Positions 46,301 through 60,827 of a stretch of 64,000 nucleotides of DNA are shown here, piece after piece. Source of the stretch: Selaginella moellendorffii (lineage: Eukaryota; Plantae; Lycopodiophyta); assembly GCF_000143415.4 (NCBI RefSeq), contig NW_003314364.1, positions 428,676-492,675 on the forward strand. The letters are read 5' to 3'. Each line of letters starts with the position of its first letter. The stretch's first letter is position 1. The notes under the pieces are model-generated. The model saw only the letters and a program-made list of their open reading frames with translations, was not told where the DNA came from and searched no databases. The position numbers and the translations under genes are program-made.

Positions 46301-49300
46301 TGTTTTGTGGGAGTCGAGGTTTCAAGGAAAACGAGGTAAGCCTATTGCTAAATGAAATGATTCTGAGATTTTTTTTTCCAGAGGTCACACAGTCCTTCTT
46401 TGGAGTCGCGATGGAGAAATCTTTACCTCGCCTGCAGTTCTTATGGGGTGCTGCATTTTGCGACTGGAAAGTGTTGGAGAAACTGGGGAGGCATCTAGAC
46501 AACTCACAGTGAAATCACTTCTTGCATTAGATGAGCTTGTTTCTGCAGAAAGCGCCGGCCAGACAAAGCTTGTTTCCCGGTGCTCCTTTGAAGGATTATT
46601 GAAAGTCTTGCGGAGTTTATTAGAGGACGGCAGAGTATGTGAGTCCACAACTTCTAATTCTGTACTGAACGATGCGGAGCTGGATGCACCTAAACGAGAA
46701 AAGTGGAAAGTCATATGCATATCCATGATTTGCAGCCTCGGCCGCCAAATTCCAGAGGCTGCGTTTCATATTTTGCGAGATCTACTGCTTGCTTCAGAGG
46801 ACTTTAAGGTAGTTGTTTTCACTTTAATGAATGTTTGGATGGCATTTGACCTCAAAGGTTTTCGCAGGTTCGTGAAAAGCTCATATTTTCTATGTGCAGT
46901 AGTTTTACGATTCCTGAGATGCTACCGAGACTTGAGGAACTGGTAAGCTGCGTTAGTTTTGCCAGTGCTTTGACGCGTAAGGACAGGTCGAAGAATTGCT
47001 GAATTCCCTACAAAAAGGTCAAGTTTGTGATTCTACGTGTTTCAATACTCTGGCTGCTTCTCAACTGCTTCTGTCAAAGTTGAAAGCCGAGAAAGATAAA
47101 GCCAAACTGGCACAGGTCCGTCGTCCCCAGATTTCCTTGTTTATAGCTTTGAGCTTTCTTTCAGATACTTCCAAGGTTTCAAAAGATTATAGAATACGTT
47201 TCGAAGGTGAATGCTCTACAATATACAACGCGTTTGAAAATTGGCGAAGCTGTTGCAGACTTGATGATACTGGATGCGACCCTTGCCCAGGTATCCCGTA
47301 GCTTGTTACGTAATCAATCCCTTTGACAACGGCTTCTGATTGTAGGATTTAATGTTTTTGGAACTTCTGCAAGATCCTGACTTTCGTGTCAGGGCCGGTC
47401 ATGCTAGCCGAATACATATCTTGTTTGAGACGTGGAGCGGACATCCCCAACTTCTACAGGACGTCCAGTAAGTTTGTTTTTGCGATGATGATAAGATCTC
47501 TGACAAGTTAGTGCATGTGCTAGAGCTAGTCTTGGAGTGAAACTATCAACTTCTCATCTAGGTGATACAACGGAAGCTCTTCTGTATAAAACGGCAATAA
47601 TAGCTATCGGTGAAGTAGCAGCTGCAAGCGAACAAGTGGAAGCTGATGTACGACCACTGCTATTTATATTCTCATTGTCATGCTCATTTTACCTTTTCAG
47701 GCTGTGTGCATTATTCTTGCCCAAGCTGCTCTACAGCCCATGCATAGGTAATGTTAGCATGTTTATAATAACACAATTGAGATTTGATTGTTGCAGGAGT
47801 TTAGTCGTTGCAGTGCTTAATAAAATTGCCAAACAACTGGGCTATACAGACAGATTTAAGGTTGTGATAGCTGTAATATGCGCTGTTTACTAGTTCGTGT
47901 ATATTTGTTTTGAAGTTCTTCAAGCAGCTGCTCAGATCGATATTGGACTGCTGGGTTGCCGCTTCATTTCATATAAGTGAACTCCTGAAGGTATGCAACT
48001 CTTGAAGTTCTAACTTTATTTGATTGTTTATATGTAACCAGGTGAGCGACATACTTATCCAACCTTCAAATGCGTCCGGGTTCCTTGAGTATTGTCTTCC
48101 GTTCATACTACCTTCTTCGTTCCTACATGGACAACATGCCGAAATTCAGCAGATAGCACAGGTATGCATAGCAGGTATTTGCCCATTTGAGTCTTACTTT
48201 TGTTTAGGAGAGAACAATGTCTGTCAGTTCATTGGTCGAGGAGAACTTTGCCTCTATTTTTGCCTTCCTTGCCGCTCTGGATTGGGGTGGATATGATAAA
48301 GCCTCGTTGGTTCTTCAAAGCCCTCTATTTGAAACTCAAATTCAGCGGGAGAAGCTTATAAAACAACACGTGGTAGGTGCTGAGTTTCTTTTCTTGTGCG
48401 GCTGAAGTGCTTACATACAGCACGACAGTTTTCTATTGCAAAAAATATCATTCTGCTAGTGAAGGCGGACGCTGTGTTGCCATCAGTTTCGAAGGATGCA
48501 GCCATGGCTGCCGTAAGGGCAGTTGCGAAGGGGTTATTTGAAGAGTATGTATCGTACATTCAAATATTTCTAACTGATAACACTGGAATTTACTCAGTAG
48601 TAGACGCCAAGAAGTGAAGGAGCTCGTATTCCAGGTTAGTGCATGCGCTTGGGATGTCGATTCTCACTTGACGTGAAGAACAGATTTTGCTAGAAATTCA
48701 CAAGGAGGCTTCCAGTTCTTCTCACTGGCGCCACACACGGCACTCTCTGGAAAAACTGGACGCATTCTTGAACGTTATCGAGGACGGAATTGTGATTCCG
48801 AGCACATTCCGGTAACTTTTTGTCTACTAAGATCATACAGCTTACAATGGTATGGCAGGTACATGATGCACATAATTTTGCAATCAATTGAAATGGTTGA
48901 CTTGCAACCGAAGTGCTGTTTATTGATAAATGCAATGATTGATAAACTGGAGCGCAAACCGCAGTCGTCTATGTGGATTCTGGGAGAGCATCTACAGGTT
49001 ATATTTGTTATTGTGAAGTTAATGGTGGCATCTCAAATATCTTTGGTATTACAGGCTCTTGTTTCTGGACTGGTGTCATGTACTTTTAACGGTGATCTAT
49101 TGTGCTCATCTGTGCTTCAGCTACTTCATCGCGTGACTCTGAAAGGCGAATCATCTTTATCCCCCTATGTGAAGGTACTGCATACTGGCTTGATAAGCTT
49201 TTCAGTTTGAACCTGTTCTTTTCAGGAACTTAACCAACTTCCAGACTTTCCTTGCTTCAACACGATAAGAGAATTCCAAGCTCAATTGCGTTCTGCCGAT

Positions 49301-52300
49301 GCATTTTCAAAAGAGTTTGTAAAGGTAAGAACGGAGTATGCAACATATAACACTCATGAGTGTCTTCAGTTTGTGCAGAAGGCTCCTTCTCTTCCCTCTC
49401 AATTACGACTATGGAGGTTTACTTCTTGTTTCTATCTTTTTTTCAATCTTTTTGCTTTCTTTTTCCAGTCTTCGAAGCTTTTGCAACCAATTGCGAGATG
49501 CACCGGAATCTCGGAGTCTCTTCACTTCTGATGAATTAGTGATTGCCGTTTGGGAACTTGTTCTCTCATGCAATGACGATCATGATTATGACATCAAGAA
49601 TCTGACTGCAGAGCTTCTAGCTGCGGTAAGACAATTTTGCATTTGTAAAGCTATGTGTCATCCACTTACCATTGCAGGTTGGAATTGGAAATTGTGAAGC
49701 GGTGGTTTTTCATTTGCCAGACGCTAACAGAAATTTCTTGCGTCCCTCATATCGTTCAAAAACTATCGACGTGGCTGGGCCGTCTGAGGATATTTTGGAA
49801 GTAGTACTGACCCAGCTGTGCAGCTATTTACTAGATAAAGATGTTTTTATAATTGATCTGGCGTATCAAACAGCAAAGGTATGAATCTACTTTGGTAATC
49901 TGTAAAACAAGTCAGGGATTTGTGCAGGGCTTGTTGGCAACCAAAAATGGTTATGACGTTTTAAATAGACTCAATGAACAAGAGCGAGCGTACTTGGAGG
50001 TAAAACATGCAAAGCAGGCAATGTGTATTGACACATGCTACTGTTTTCAGACGCATACCGATGGTCCTAACAAAATGTTGGTGAACCTAGTTCTTGGGTG
50101 TAATGCTTGTAAGTGAGCTTGGAAATAGAACACTTTTCATCGTTTTCATGCAGCAAAATCTGGGAAGCTTGAAGATTCATCAGTTTGGAGCACTAGCGAC
50201 AAAAGTTACGAGACTTGGATTTGTTCGTTGGTTCATGCCTTGATAAGCTACACCGAAGATACACTTTTAAGGTGACTTTATTCTTTGTTATATTTTGGAC
50301 TTAGGATGAAAATGCTTGCAGGCTTTGTCAGAGTCTGGTTGAGGTTAAGGCTGCACTAGCTGAGTTTCTGCTCCCTTATGCGCTTGGGTCTTTGGCTAAA
50401 GTGATCCCAATTCATTCTGCTCTGTACACTACTATTGTCACACATGCAAGTGCTGGTCTGTTTATTTCATCAGAAAGTTTACAACTTCACATGTAGGTTC
50501 AAGACCATATCTTTTCCGATGTCAACAAAAATACAAGGTCGATGCAAGTTTTTCTCGAAGCTTTTAATAGTCTACGAGCTTGTCACGTAAAGGCAGCAGC
50601 CAAAGGCTTGTCGCAAGGAACAAATACCCTGGAGCCTCTAAAGTGGCCTAAGGTAGTTGAATTTCATTATAATCTTTCACGTTTCTTCTTCCTCAGGTTT
50701 ATTGGCTGGATGTGGATTACCTTCTTACGGCCAAGACGGCACAGGTCGGCTTATTTTGTGTTTGATTTGGGTTCTATGACATTTAACTTGGAACCTGTTC
50801 AGAAATGTGCGGCGTATTTCACTTCTGTTCTCTATGTTGAACATTGGTGTGAAGAAAATTTCGGAAAGGCTGTGCTGGGAGAACGAGAACTTTCGGGAGA
50901 TGAGGACGAGGTAAAATCTTGCATCATTCTTGACTGTAATCGTGTCTTAACGTGATTGCCAGCTACCCGAACATCTGGAACGTCTTCTGTCTGTGTATAC
51001 GAAGGTGAATGAACCAGACAGCATCTATGGCATAATTTACACTCACAATGTAAGATCAATTACTTGAACGTTGTCTATCTGATGCCAAGGATATGTTTCT
51101 CAGCCCATATCACAAGTCAGGCTGTACGAGCATGAAGGCAACTGGGGAAAGGCTTTGGAAACATATGATTTGCTGCTAAGTAGCTCAAATAACACTGACG
51201 TCCTAAAGGGTTACTACAAAGGTGTTGTACGGGCACTGCAACACTCAGGATGCTCTCAGGTGAGGGACGTTTACAGCACAGGTCTTAGAAACATCAAGAT
51301 GGAACTATTAAACGACAAGGAGTTCAAAGAATTACAGGTACATCCAGCCTTTGAGATCATCACATGATCTTTCTTGTGTGCAGTACGAAGGTGCCTGGAA
51401 GTCTGGAAAGTGGGACCTGAGTTTCGATATGAACCCCGCCGGTGATGATTCTCTTAAGCTGGGCTTTCATGGAAATTTACTCAGGTAATGTTATTGTTGT
51501 TTATGTAGAATAAGTTTTGCTATCTTGATTAGCAGCTCCTTTCAATGTCTCGTTGAAGGAGATTTCAGCAGATTTGACACTTCTGTCAAACGGATGAAAG
51601 AGGTAAGGTTCTTATGTATCGTTTTCTCTCAAGTCTAACAAGTTTATCAGGACACTGTTTCTCATGTTGCGCACACCAGCCTTGAAAGCACTCAAAATGT
51701 TTATCCATCTATCGTCAAACTCCAGGCTCGTTACAGACCTTTTACGTCTGTGATCCTGATACTGTCTCTCTTCAGATTGTTGATTGTCTCCCATTCGCTT
51801 GGAGTCTCCGCTGGCCATCATTGGGATCTAGTGGACCTAGTACCCCTCCTGACAGCGAGGTATGTAAGGGATTTACGTGTTATATTTTATATGTTTCTAA
51901 TTTCTCCCTGGAAAAAAAATCTTTCATTCGGTTCTGCAGATACAAATGCTATTTACGAGGTGGAAAGGTATTACGAAACAAACGACGGGAAACTACAACC
52001 TCTTGGAACCATTTGGGAGCTTTATGAGAGTACTTCTTCGGGTTCTTCAGCGGGAGGACTGTCTTCCTTGTTACCTTGTTGAATACGCAGCACTTGCCAG
52101 AAAGGTTCCAAACTCTTTCTCATTTGAGGCTTACCAATAAGTTTTTAGGCTGGAAGACTCAATCAAGCAGCAGGTGCAATTCAAGAGCTCAAAGGCCTTT
52201 GTCAAGGAGACAATAAGCGCAGCGAGGTTCTAAGAGCCGGACGGGTCTGTTTTATCTCTAATTCATGTCGACTAAGTATACTAATGTATATGGTCTTTCA

Positions 52301-55300
52301 GATTGAAGAAGCTAAAGTCCTATGGGCGCAAGGTCAGCGTGAATTGGCAGTAAGTCTTGTGAAGTACTTGTTAACGTATATTGGTTCGACGGACTCCATG
52401 GCTTTGTATTGTCTTGCTGGAAAGTGGCTTGCACAAACAAGATCCGCAAGGTACCAACGTGCCCGAAATTATTTTGTCAATAACAAATTTTCGTTGCAGC
52501 TCTCGTGTAATCCTTGAGTCTTATCTCGAGAAAGCTGTCATCATTGCTGAGACTAGATCTACGAGTTCTGGTAGTAGCGATTTCATGAAACGGAGAAGTA
52601 AAACACATTTCCACCTGGCCCATTTTGCTAATGCTCTTCATCGAAGTTATGAAGATCGACTTGGCTCTACCGAGTGGCAAACTGAATTACAGCTGAGAAA
52701 TATGAAGGTATGATGAACTTGCAAAGACTTTTTGTCACATCATCTGTGTTCTTTAGATGAAGGAGTATGAGGCACTGGTGAGAAAAGCCAAAGAATCCAA
52801 AGTAAGCACTCTTTTCTTTGGCTGTAATAACCTTTTGGTTTTTGAAAGGATGATACGCATGGTTACTCTCTTAAGGCGCTGGAAGTTCAGAAGGAGCTTA
52901 AACTGGAAAGTGTAGAGTGGACCAAGATGCATGTGAGTTATAGCTCAATACACTTGCTCCTGCCTGACGATGATGTCTGCAGGGCGACATGGCACGTGTG
53001 CTTAGAACTTGCCTCAAGTCCTACCGGAGTTGCTTACTCTCAAGTGACAAGTATGATATGAGAGTGGTAAGCTAAACTCGTAACATTGGCCTAGTTTTAA
53101 TCTACTTCGACAGGTCTTTCGGTTGGTTTCTCTTTGGTTTGGGAACGTCGAGAACAAAACTGTTATAAATGACATGATCGAGACTGTGCATAAGGTAAGT
53201 TCAGTTGTGCTGCAAATTAGGGGGACTTCTAGTTACATCACATTGGCAGGTACCGTCGTTTAAGTTCCTTCCGCTGGTTTATCAAATAGCATCCAGAATG
53301 GGTGCTATAAAAACGGCAAACGATTTTCAGGTATGTTTTTCAGTCCTGAATCTTGAGAATGTGACTTGTCGTTTCGCAGTTTGCTGTGGCCTCACTTGTG
53401 AAGAAGATGGCGATTGAGCATCCGTACCACTCACTCTACCAGGTACCGTGCTTCTACCAAGCTATGTGCCTTCTAATGTGGATTTATACAACTTTAGTTA
53501 CTGGCGCTGGCCAATGGGGATCGAATCAAGGAAAACCAGAAGAGGAAAAACGCTTTCGTTATTGACTTAGAGAAAAAACGTGCAGCAGAGGAGCTACTGA
53601 AGGAGCTAACTAATCGCCATTCCAATTTGATCATGCAGGTAAATTAATGGTTACATCACAATTCAGGACGTGGTTCCTTTGTTTTTTAGGTGCGAGATAT
53701 GGTTGAGGTGTATATCAAACTGGCCGAGCTGGAGGTCTCACAGCAAGTAATTGCCGTGTGCAGCGTTGGCCTACTTTGTAGCTAATTTTTCTTTACTTTG
53801 GTTTTTTGCAGGACTGCCTTAAGCCAGTACCCTATCCAAGGGATATTCGTAGTGTGCGACGACTTAATCTGGTAAATACTAGAAGTTATCCTTCAATATT
53901 TCCTTCAATTGAAATTTATACAGGTCCCCGTTTTGACTGCGAACATTTCAGTAGATCGCAATTGTGACTACTCTGGTCAAAATCTCCCATATTTCGATGG
54001 ATTCGAGGGAAGCATTACGTAAGATTAACTTGGTCTTGCTTTCATACTAACTAAAAGCGCAAAACATTTCAGTGTAATGAGAGGCGTTAATGTTCCAAAA
54101 GTTGTGCTGTGCCGCGGATCGGACGGCCAAAAGTATCGCCAGTTAGCCAAATCTGGGGGTGATGATCTCCGTCAAGATGCGGTCTGTAGTCTCTAAGATC
54201 TTGGAGATATAATAACATCGATTTTCAGGTGATGGAGCAACTTTTTGGTCTTGTCAACACACTCTTAAAGGATCATGCAGAAACTCGTATCAGATGTCTT
54301 CAAATACGAACATACAAGGTACAACAAGCAGTTTTCATATGATCCCGTTTCCTACTTTCGAAAACTCAGGTTGTTCCGTTCACTCCGAGTGCTGGTGCTC
54401 TGGAATGGGTGAATGGGACCATTCCACTCGGACAGTATTTGCTGGGAAGGTAAGAATTAGTATGAGATTTTCTGGTTTGCTCAGAGAAGGAAAATTGTTT
54501 AGTTCCAAAGTACCAGGAGCACACACTCGCTACGGCGTTGGAGATTGGACGTTTGCGGAGTGCCGAGAGCATATAGTCAAGGTATGTGTGACGCCCGGCG
54601 AGCTATCCATTGTTCACCGTTTGATGGTTAGGAATCCAACAAAAGCGCGGCCTTCCAGACCGTGTGCAAAAACTTTAGGTGAGACTATGAGATTTATTCT
54701 GCCAGGTGGTTGTAAGTTGTGTCTGCTAGGCCTGTTTTCCGCTACTTCTTCCGAGAGAACTTCTTTCGAGCCGCAGACTGGTTTGAAAAGCGGCTGAACT
54801 ATACGCGAAGTGTGGCAGCTTCTTCAATGGTGAGAAATTTCTCATTTGTTGTGTTTGTTCTCTGCCGATCACGTCTTTAATTTCAGGTTGGCTACGTTGT
54901 GGGACTGGGAGACCGCCATTCGATGAACATTTTGATTGATCAGGCTAATGCTGATGTCGTCCATATCGATCTAGGGGTGGCGTTTGACCAAGGATTGATG
55001 CTTAAGACACCAGAAACGGTAGCTGATTGCTTGCTGTGCCGTAGCTGACTTGGGATACCTCCAGATTCCGTTTAGACTCACACGGGACGTTATCGATGGC
55101 ATGGGTGTCACGGGTGTGGAGGGAGTGTTCAGGAGATGTTGTGAAGCGACGCTTTCCGTCTTGCGAGCGAACAAGGAAGCGTTGCTCACCATTATCGAGG
55201 TAAGTGCTACGAAGTAAGGCGGAAGAAAGTTTGCTAAGGTTGGTGTGCAGGTGTTCATACACGATCCTTTGTACAGATGGGCCTTATCACCCCTCAAGGC

Positions 55301-55624
55301 GCTGCAGAGACAAGAGGTATACATCATCTTTATAATGCTTCTCTAAGTTCCATTCAGGGAGCCGAGTATGCGGATGTGGAGGACCCTGATAAAGTGGAGG
55401 GAAACAAAGATGCGACTCGGGCACTAATGCGCGTTAAGCAAAAGCTTGATGGCTATCGTGATGGCGAGAACCGTACAGTCGAGGGTCAGGTAGTAAAGGA
55501 TTGGCATTGTTCTCTTTTTCTTTCTTTAAAAACTGTCCCATTACAGGTCCAGCAGCTGGTCCAAGATGCACAAGATCCAGAGAACCTGTGCCTTTTGTTT
55601 CCTGGTTGGGCCGCTTGGCTGTGA
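43320..55624 (+). CDS. ATM: Serine/threonine kinase ATM (PIKK); dozens of ~50-60 bp introns
   Basis: N-terminal TAN-like [10 protein letters not shown]; FAT region ([27 protein letters not shown]); kinase motifs [26 protein letters not shown] and [11 protein letters not shown]; FATC ..LFPGWAAWL*. Confidence 0.96.
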
Positions 55625-55695
55625 TGCTGCAAGCTTCTTTCACAGATGCAAGGTGCTGTGTTTGAAGCTGTACGAGGTTCAGCTGTTTGAGAAAA

Positions 55696-57698
55696 CTAGA
55701 CAGGCAGCTTGGCGATGTATTCTGGCAGTCCCATTTGCTCCAGAGGAACGCCGAACTCGGCCAGCTTGGATTGAAAAGCTTTGACAACGCTGTTGTGGGC
55801 CTGAAGGCACAGATATGTACGACGAGAATGATGAGAGAGCGCCAGTCTGAACTGCGAATCTTTACTTTGGTGACCCTCCCGAGCTCGTAATAAAGCCGCT
55901 TGATCTTCTGGTTCTTGGTGTCTATAACCTTGTCAATTCCAAACTTGGCTCCACTGGCGTCCAGGAGTTTGGATGCGCCCATGGCCTCGCCCAGCTGAGT
56001 GTCCTGCAACCACCAGGTGATGAATCAAACACAAAACTCTGCCCCGCCGCATGCGCACCTTCTTCTCCAGCTGCTCCAACAAGACCTGCACGCGCTTCTC
56101 CAGCAGCAAGCTCTTGACCCCGCATTTCTGCTGCACGTCAAAAATGCACGACTCAAACCGAGCGTACAAGTCATCGCGCTCCGCTTGGACCTGGAGACAC
56201 ACAGACTTGTACTACGTGATATCACGTCGCCAGGGATGCATGCAATACCTTTTCAAGCTTCTCCTGGAGCAGCCTGTACTCCCATTCCAGGTTCTGGACG
56301 TGCTTGAGAGCGTCCACGTGTTGCAAGCGCAACTGCTGAAGGGAGTGCTTATCCTGTTTTGGGTTTTACTTTGATCAGCAGGCAGTCTGAAAGAGGAATT
56401 CGTTACCTTGTCATACTGAGCCATCTGTTTCCTCAGGTTCTCCACTTCCTTTAGAGCCCGTGTCAGTGGCTCGGTCAGCCTTCTGTTCTCCTGCGCAATC
56501 TCGTACATGAGCTTCTCGTTTGCAGCCTCCCTCTTTTTCATGTCAGTCACGTCCTCCTGAAAAGGTTACACTGGCGGCAGTGTCAGTCTGCTGCCCCACT
56601 CTAATGGAGCTTATTTGTGTCACCTTGAGCGTCTTGATAAGGTCAAGATTGTTCTGGGTGATGTCGTTGTAGTAGCACTTGATCTCCGAGAATGCCTTCT
56701 CGTGCTTCTTCATGAGGTCCGTGATGTGCATGTTTTTACGCTCCTCAATCTCGTGTATCTCCTGCTTCCGCTGGAACTCGTCATTGTCTCTGGTTCGTTT
56801 GATCTGTGCGTGTCACGCCATTGGAGAAAGCAGCAAAGTTTGAGCCATTGAGCAACTAAACCTTCTTGTCAGTCTTGGCAATCAGATCTTGGGCATCCAG
56901 GTCAAATTGTTGCCTCATCTTTGTTATCTCCTTGGCATGGTCCTGCCAGAAACGATATCATGAGCCAGGGGATACAGAGATGGCATACGAGCTTCATCTG
57001 CTTGATCGTGTCCTCGTAGTTGAGCTCCATTTCTTTCTTGTTGTCCTTGAGTGTACGCAGATCATTCCTGCAGCGCACAGCTGCATCAGCAGGAGGGACA
57101 AGGTGTTTATCAGTATATATCATGACATGATCCAAGCAGAGCCACGTACAAGAGTTGAGATTCACGCTGGGCTGCCTGCTGGCGCTGCAGCTTGAGAGCC
57201 ACCTCGTTCTCGGCCTTGACGCTGCCCACAATGTTTTGCTGCTCATATAAGAGGTGCTTCATCCGCTGGTTGTACACCTGCATGCACGCGCACAAGTTTG
57301 CAGTCGACTAAAGGCAAATGCTGCACCTTGATCTCCGCCTGCTGCCTCTCCTGGAGCTGCTCCCGCTCGCGGTCTTTGTTCCGCACCAGTGCCAGAGCAT
57401 GCTCGTGCTCCTTCTTCTTGATGTCCCAAAAGGACGCCACCTTGTCCTGCGCGGCCAGGCCACGAGCACGTTGAACGTTTCAAATGAGCTGCTCGGGGCC
57501 AGGAACACTCACCCGATCAATCTGCATGCGGTTGCGCTCATTTTCTTCCGTGGCCTTGTCCGCAGTGAGCGTTGCCACCTGCGCCTTGAGCTGCTCGGGT
57601 GTTGGCCCCGACGGCCCAGCGCCATCCTTGGACTTCTTCTCTCCCTTGCCTTTGCGACCCTTCTTCTTCTTGCCATCCCCCTTCTTCTTGGGTCCCAT
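55696..57698 (-). CDS. GAS8: Dynein regulatory complex subunit 4 (GAS8/DRC4/PF2/trypanin)
   Basis: [14 protein letters not shown]; [11 protein letters not shown]; [29 protein letters not shown]; [10 protein letters not shown]; ERDDLYARF; [11 protein letters not shown]; stop TAG at 55696-55698. Confidence 0.92.
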
Positions 57699-57787
57699 TC
57701 CACTCACTCTCTCTGCCACAAACTACTAACCGTGAACCGGTTTTAATATTCCCTTCAAGTGTTATAGAGCGAGTTATAATAGAATCT

Positions 57788-59498
57788 TTACATGCGCGTG
57801 TCTGCTCGGAAGTTGAACCATCTCTTCTTGCTCGACTTGTCGTGCCCATCCTCCGCCGCTGCCGCTGCCGCTGCTTGCTCCTCGTCCTCTGCCTTCTTGG
57901 CTGTGCCAAAAGAATCTTGGATCGACTCCCTCAGCTTCAATAGCTCGTCAACCTTGATCAATCAGCCGCGTCAGTCAAGCCCACACAGCCCAGTAAAAAT
58001 ACGCCAACTTACAGCCACTTTCTCCTCGGAATACTTCTTCGTCACTGCAGCAAAACGGGCAAGCACCTGGGGAGAGAGTGAGAGAGCGAGAGGAGAAACC
58101 GGATTAATTACCTCGCGGTACTCGGTTTCAAACTGCTTCAGTTCCGCACGCTTGGCTAGTATTTGTCCCTCGACGTCTCTCAGCCTCTCGGCACTCTTTT
58201 GGCAGGCGTCCACGCAGCACGCCTCAATGGTATATGACGCGGCCTTGAAAAAATTGTCACCTAGATCGAGAGAGCATTGCCGTCACCCACAAGAGCAAAG
58301 CTAAAGGCATACCATAGACGGCAAAAATGTGTGTTCCAGGTTTCAGTTCCGACATCTCACAAGGCTGGAGTCCCTCGAGCTTTTTAAAGAATGCAGCATC
58401 CGGATCTTTTGCCATAGCTAGCTGCGAGGAGAAAGAGGGATGAGTTTAGTGCAATGCCAAAACCGTGCCTGCTTAACACACCGCGTTGACTGCCGGATCA
58501 AGGCGATACACTTGGAAGTGGAGGAAATAAAGCCCTGCGGATGTCACCTTTCCAGTTTTGATGCTGTCCTCCTACAACCGAACAGGCACGCAACTGCAGT
58601 CAATGCTTATGCTGGAGGGCCACGCCGTCAGGCTCACCTGGATTGCCAGACCCAAGCCTCCATTCTCCTCCTGCTCAAAGTAGAGTAGCTGGCCAGAACA
58701 AGAACGAGAGCCGGGTGGTGGAGACTAGAGATGGAATTAAGCTTGCCTTGAATTTGCTCTGGGCAACAGACGTAGCCCGCACCACGACCCCAGCGGCTGC
58801 TTGGTCCGGCGAGATTGTTACGCCGTAGAAATGCGCCCCTTGCTTCTCCACCTGCTTTGACGGTACAAGCCCGGGATGAGGCACAGGCGGTCGAACAGCG
58901 AGGCAAACCTTGTCGTTGAAAGGCCGGCCGAGAGGCAAAGGCCTGATCGTCACGGTCCCATTCAACGCATCCTCTAAAACTTGGGCGGAGATGGTAGTCT
59001 TGATCGGCACGCCCAGCTTGCTGAAGAAACCAGATGTATAAAAGGTGTCTTGCTTGCTATCCTCACCTGAACAATGCAACGAACATGGTGTTGACTGTCC
59101 CCAGGTTGGAGAGGTCCAGCTCCATATCCAGGCCATCGAGATCAACTGCCTACGAGGGAGACGAGATCAAAACGGCAGACGAGTGTAGCGCGTTACGGAC
59201 CTGGAACCCTCCGATGTCGTAGCTCCTCCGCTTCTCGGGATCGCCCAGAATTCCATACGCATACGCAACCTCCTTGAACAAATCGGGTGCCTGGGGATTG
59301 TTGGCATTCTTGTCGGGATGGTATCTGCGTTGGGGGGATCTCGCTCGATCTCGAAGAAGTAGACCAGAAAGGAGAGTACCTGAGGGCCAGCTTCCGGTAC
59401 GCACTCTTGATCTGCTGCGCCGTTGCATCGCGGGGGACGCCCAGCACCTCGTACGGGTCCCTGTGCACCGGGGAAGCCACCGGCCTGACGTCGCCCAT
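57788..59498 (-). CDS. DnaJ co-chaperone, ARG1/ARL (dnaJ 15/16) type
   Basis: [20 protein letters not shown]|YHPDKN J-domain; [22 protein letters not shown]; [11 protein letters not shown]; C-terminal coiled coil ending KKRWFNF. Confidence 0.92.
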
Positions 59499-59595
59499 GA
59501 CTTTCTACGAGGAGGAGGAGGAGGCGGAGGAGGTCATCCTGTTACCTAAGAAAGGGGGAGGGGGGCATATGCCAAATAAAATCGGGGCGTGGTGT

Positions 59596-59603
59596 TAGGG
59601 TTT
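59596..59603 (-). promoter_or_regulatory. Telo-box in the 116-bp divergent DnaJ/DTC spacer
   Basis: TAGGGTTT, the reverse complement of AAACCCTA. Confidence 0.5.
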
Positions 59604-59614
59604 AGGGGCGAACA

Positions 59615-60827
59615 ATGGCAGCGGCGGTGGACATGGCGGTGCAGAAGAAGCCCCAGTCGGCGGTGTGGACGACCGTGAAGCCGTTTGTGAATGGGGGCCT
59701 GGCCGGCATGGGTGCCACTTGCGTCATCCAGCCCATTGACATGATCAAGGTAGCCCGGATCTGGATGGATCCATGGATCAACCCGCGTCTGTGCCCTTGT
59801 CGCAGGTCAGAATTCAGCTGGGCGACGGCAGTGCGATGCAGGTTGCCAAGAGCTTGTATGCCCGGGAGGGGCTGGGTGCGTTTTACAAGGTATGGAGTCT
59901 TGGCCATGCAGCAAACAATGCAAACGATGCTCTTTTCTTTTTTGCCTTTTATCTTGCAGGGCCTCTCGGCGGGCTTGCTGCGGCAGGCGACATACACGAC
60001 GGCGCGGCTGGGATCCTTCAGGTGAGGCTCAGTTCGTTGCTGCACTCGGTGTCTCATGCGTCATCGATCCCGCAGAGTGCTGACGAACAAGGCCACCGCC
60101 GCCAACGACGGCAAGCCCCTGCCGCTCTACCAAAAGGCCTTTTGCGGGTTGACGGCGGGCGCCATTGGTGCGTGCGTGGGGAGCCCCGCAGACTTGGCCC
60201 TCATCCGGATGCAGGCGGACTCCACCCTGCCGGAAGCGCAGCGGCGCCACTACAAGAACGCGTTCCACGCGCTGACGCGGATTGGCAAAGACGAGGGCGT
60301 GCTGGCGCTGTGGAAGGGAGCCGGACCCACGGTTGTGAGGGCCATGGCGCTCAACATGGGAATGCTGGCATCTTACGACCAGAGCGTCGAAGTGTTCAAG
60401 GCGTTCCACTTCTCCGAGATTCCCACAGTGATAGGTTGGTGCTCCAGCCAGCCAGCAGCACCACCACCACCTTTTCTCTAACACCTGCTTTTGCTTCCGC
60501 AGGCGCGAGTGCAGTGTCGGGTTTCTTTGCTTCTGCATGCAGCCTACCCTTCGACTACGTTAAGACGCAAATACAAAAGATGCAGCCGGGGCCTGATGGC
60601 AAGTACCCCTTCTCGGGCTCTTTGGATTGCGCCGTCCAGACGTTCAAAAAGCACGGGCCTCTCAAGTTTTACACGGGCTTTGGAACGTATTGCGTGAGGA
60701 TCGCGCCCCATGTCATGGTAGGCATATGCTATTTGTTCTCCCTCCACTCACCCGCTGGCGACCATTGCAGATGACATGGATATTCCTCAACCAGATACAA
60801 AAGTTAGAGACTCGCGTGGGCCTGTGA
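59615..60827 (+). CDS. DTC: Mitochondrial dicarboxylate/tricarboxylate carrier
   Basis: VWTTVKPFVNGG..TCVIQPIDMIK; GLLRQATYTTARLG; GSPADLALIRMQAD; SLPFDYVKTQIQKM; three carrier signature motifs. Confidence 0.95.
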
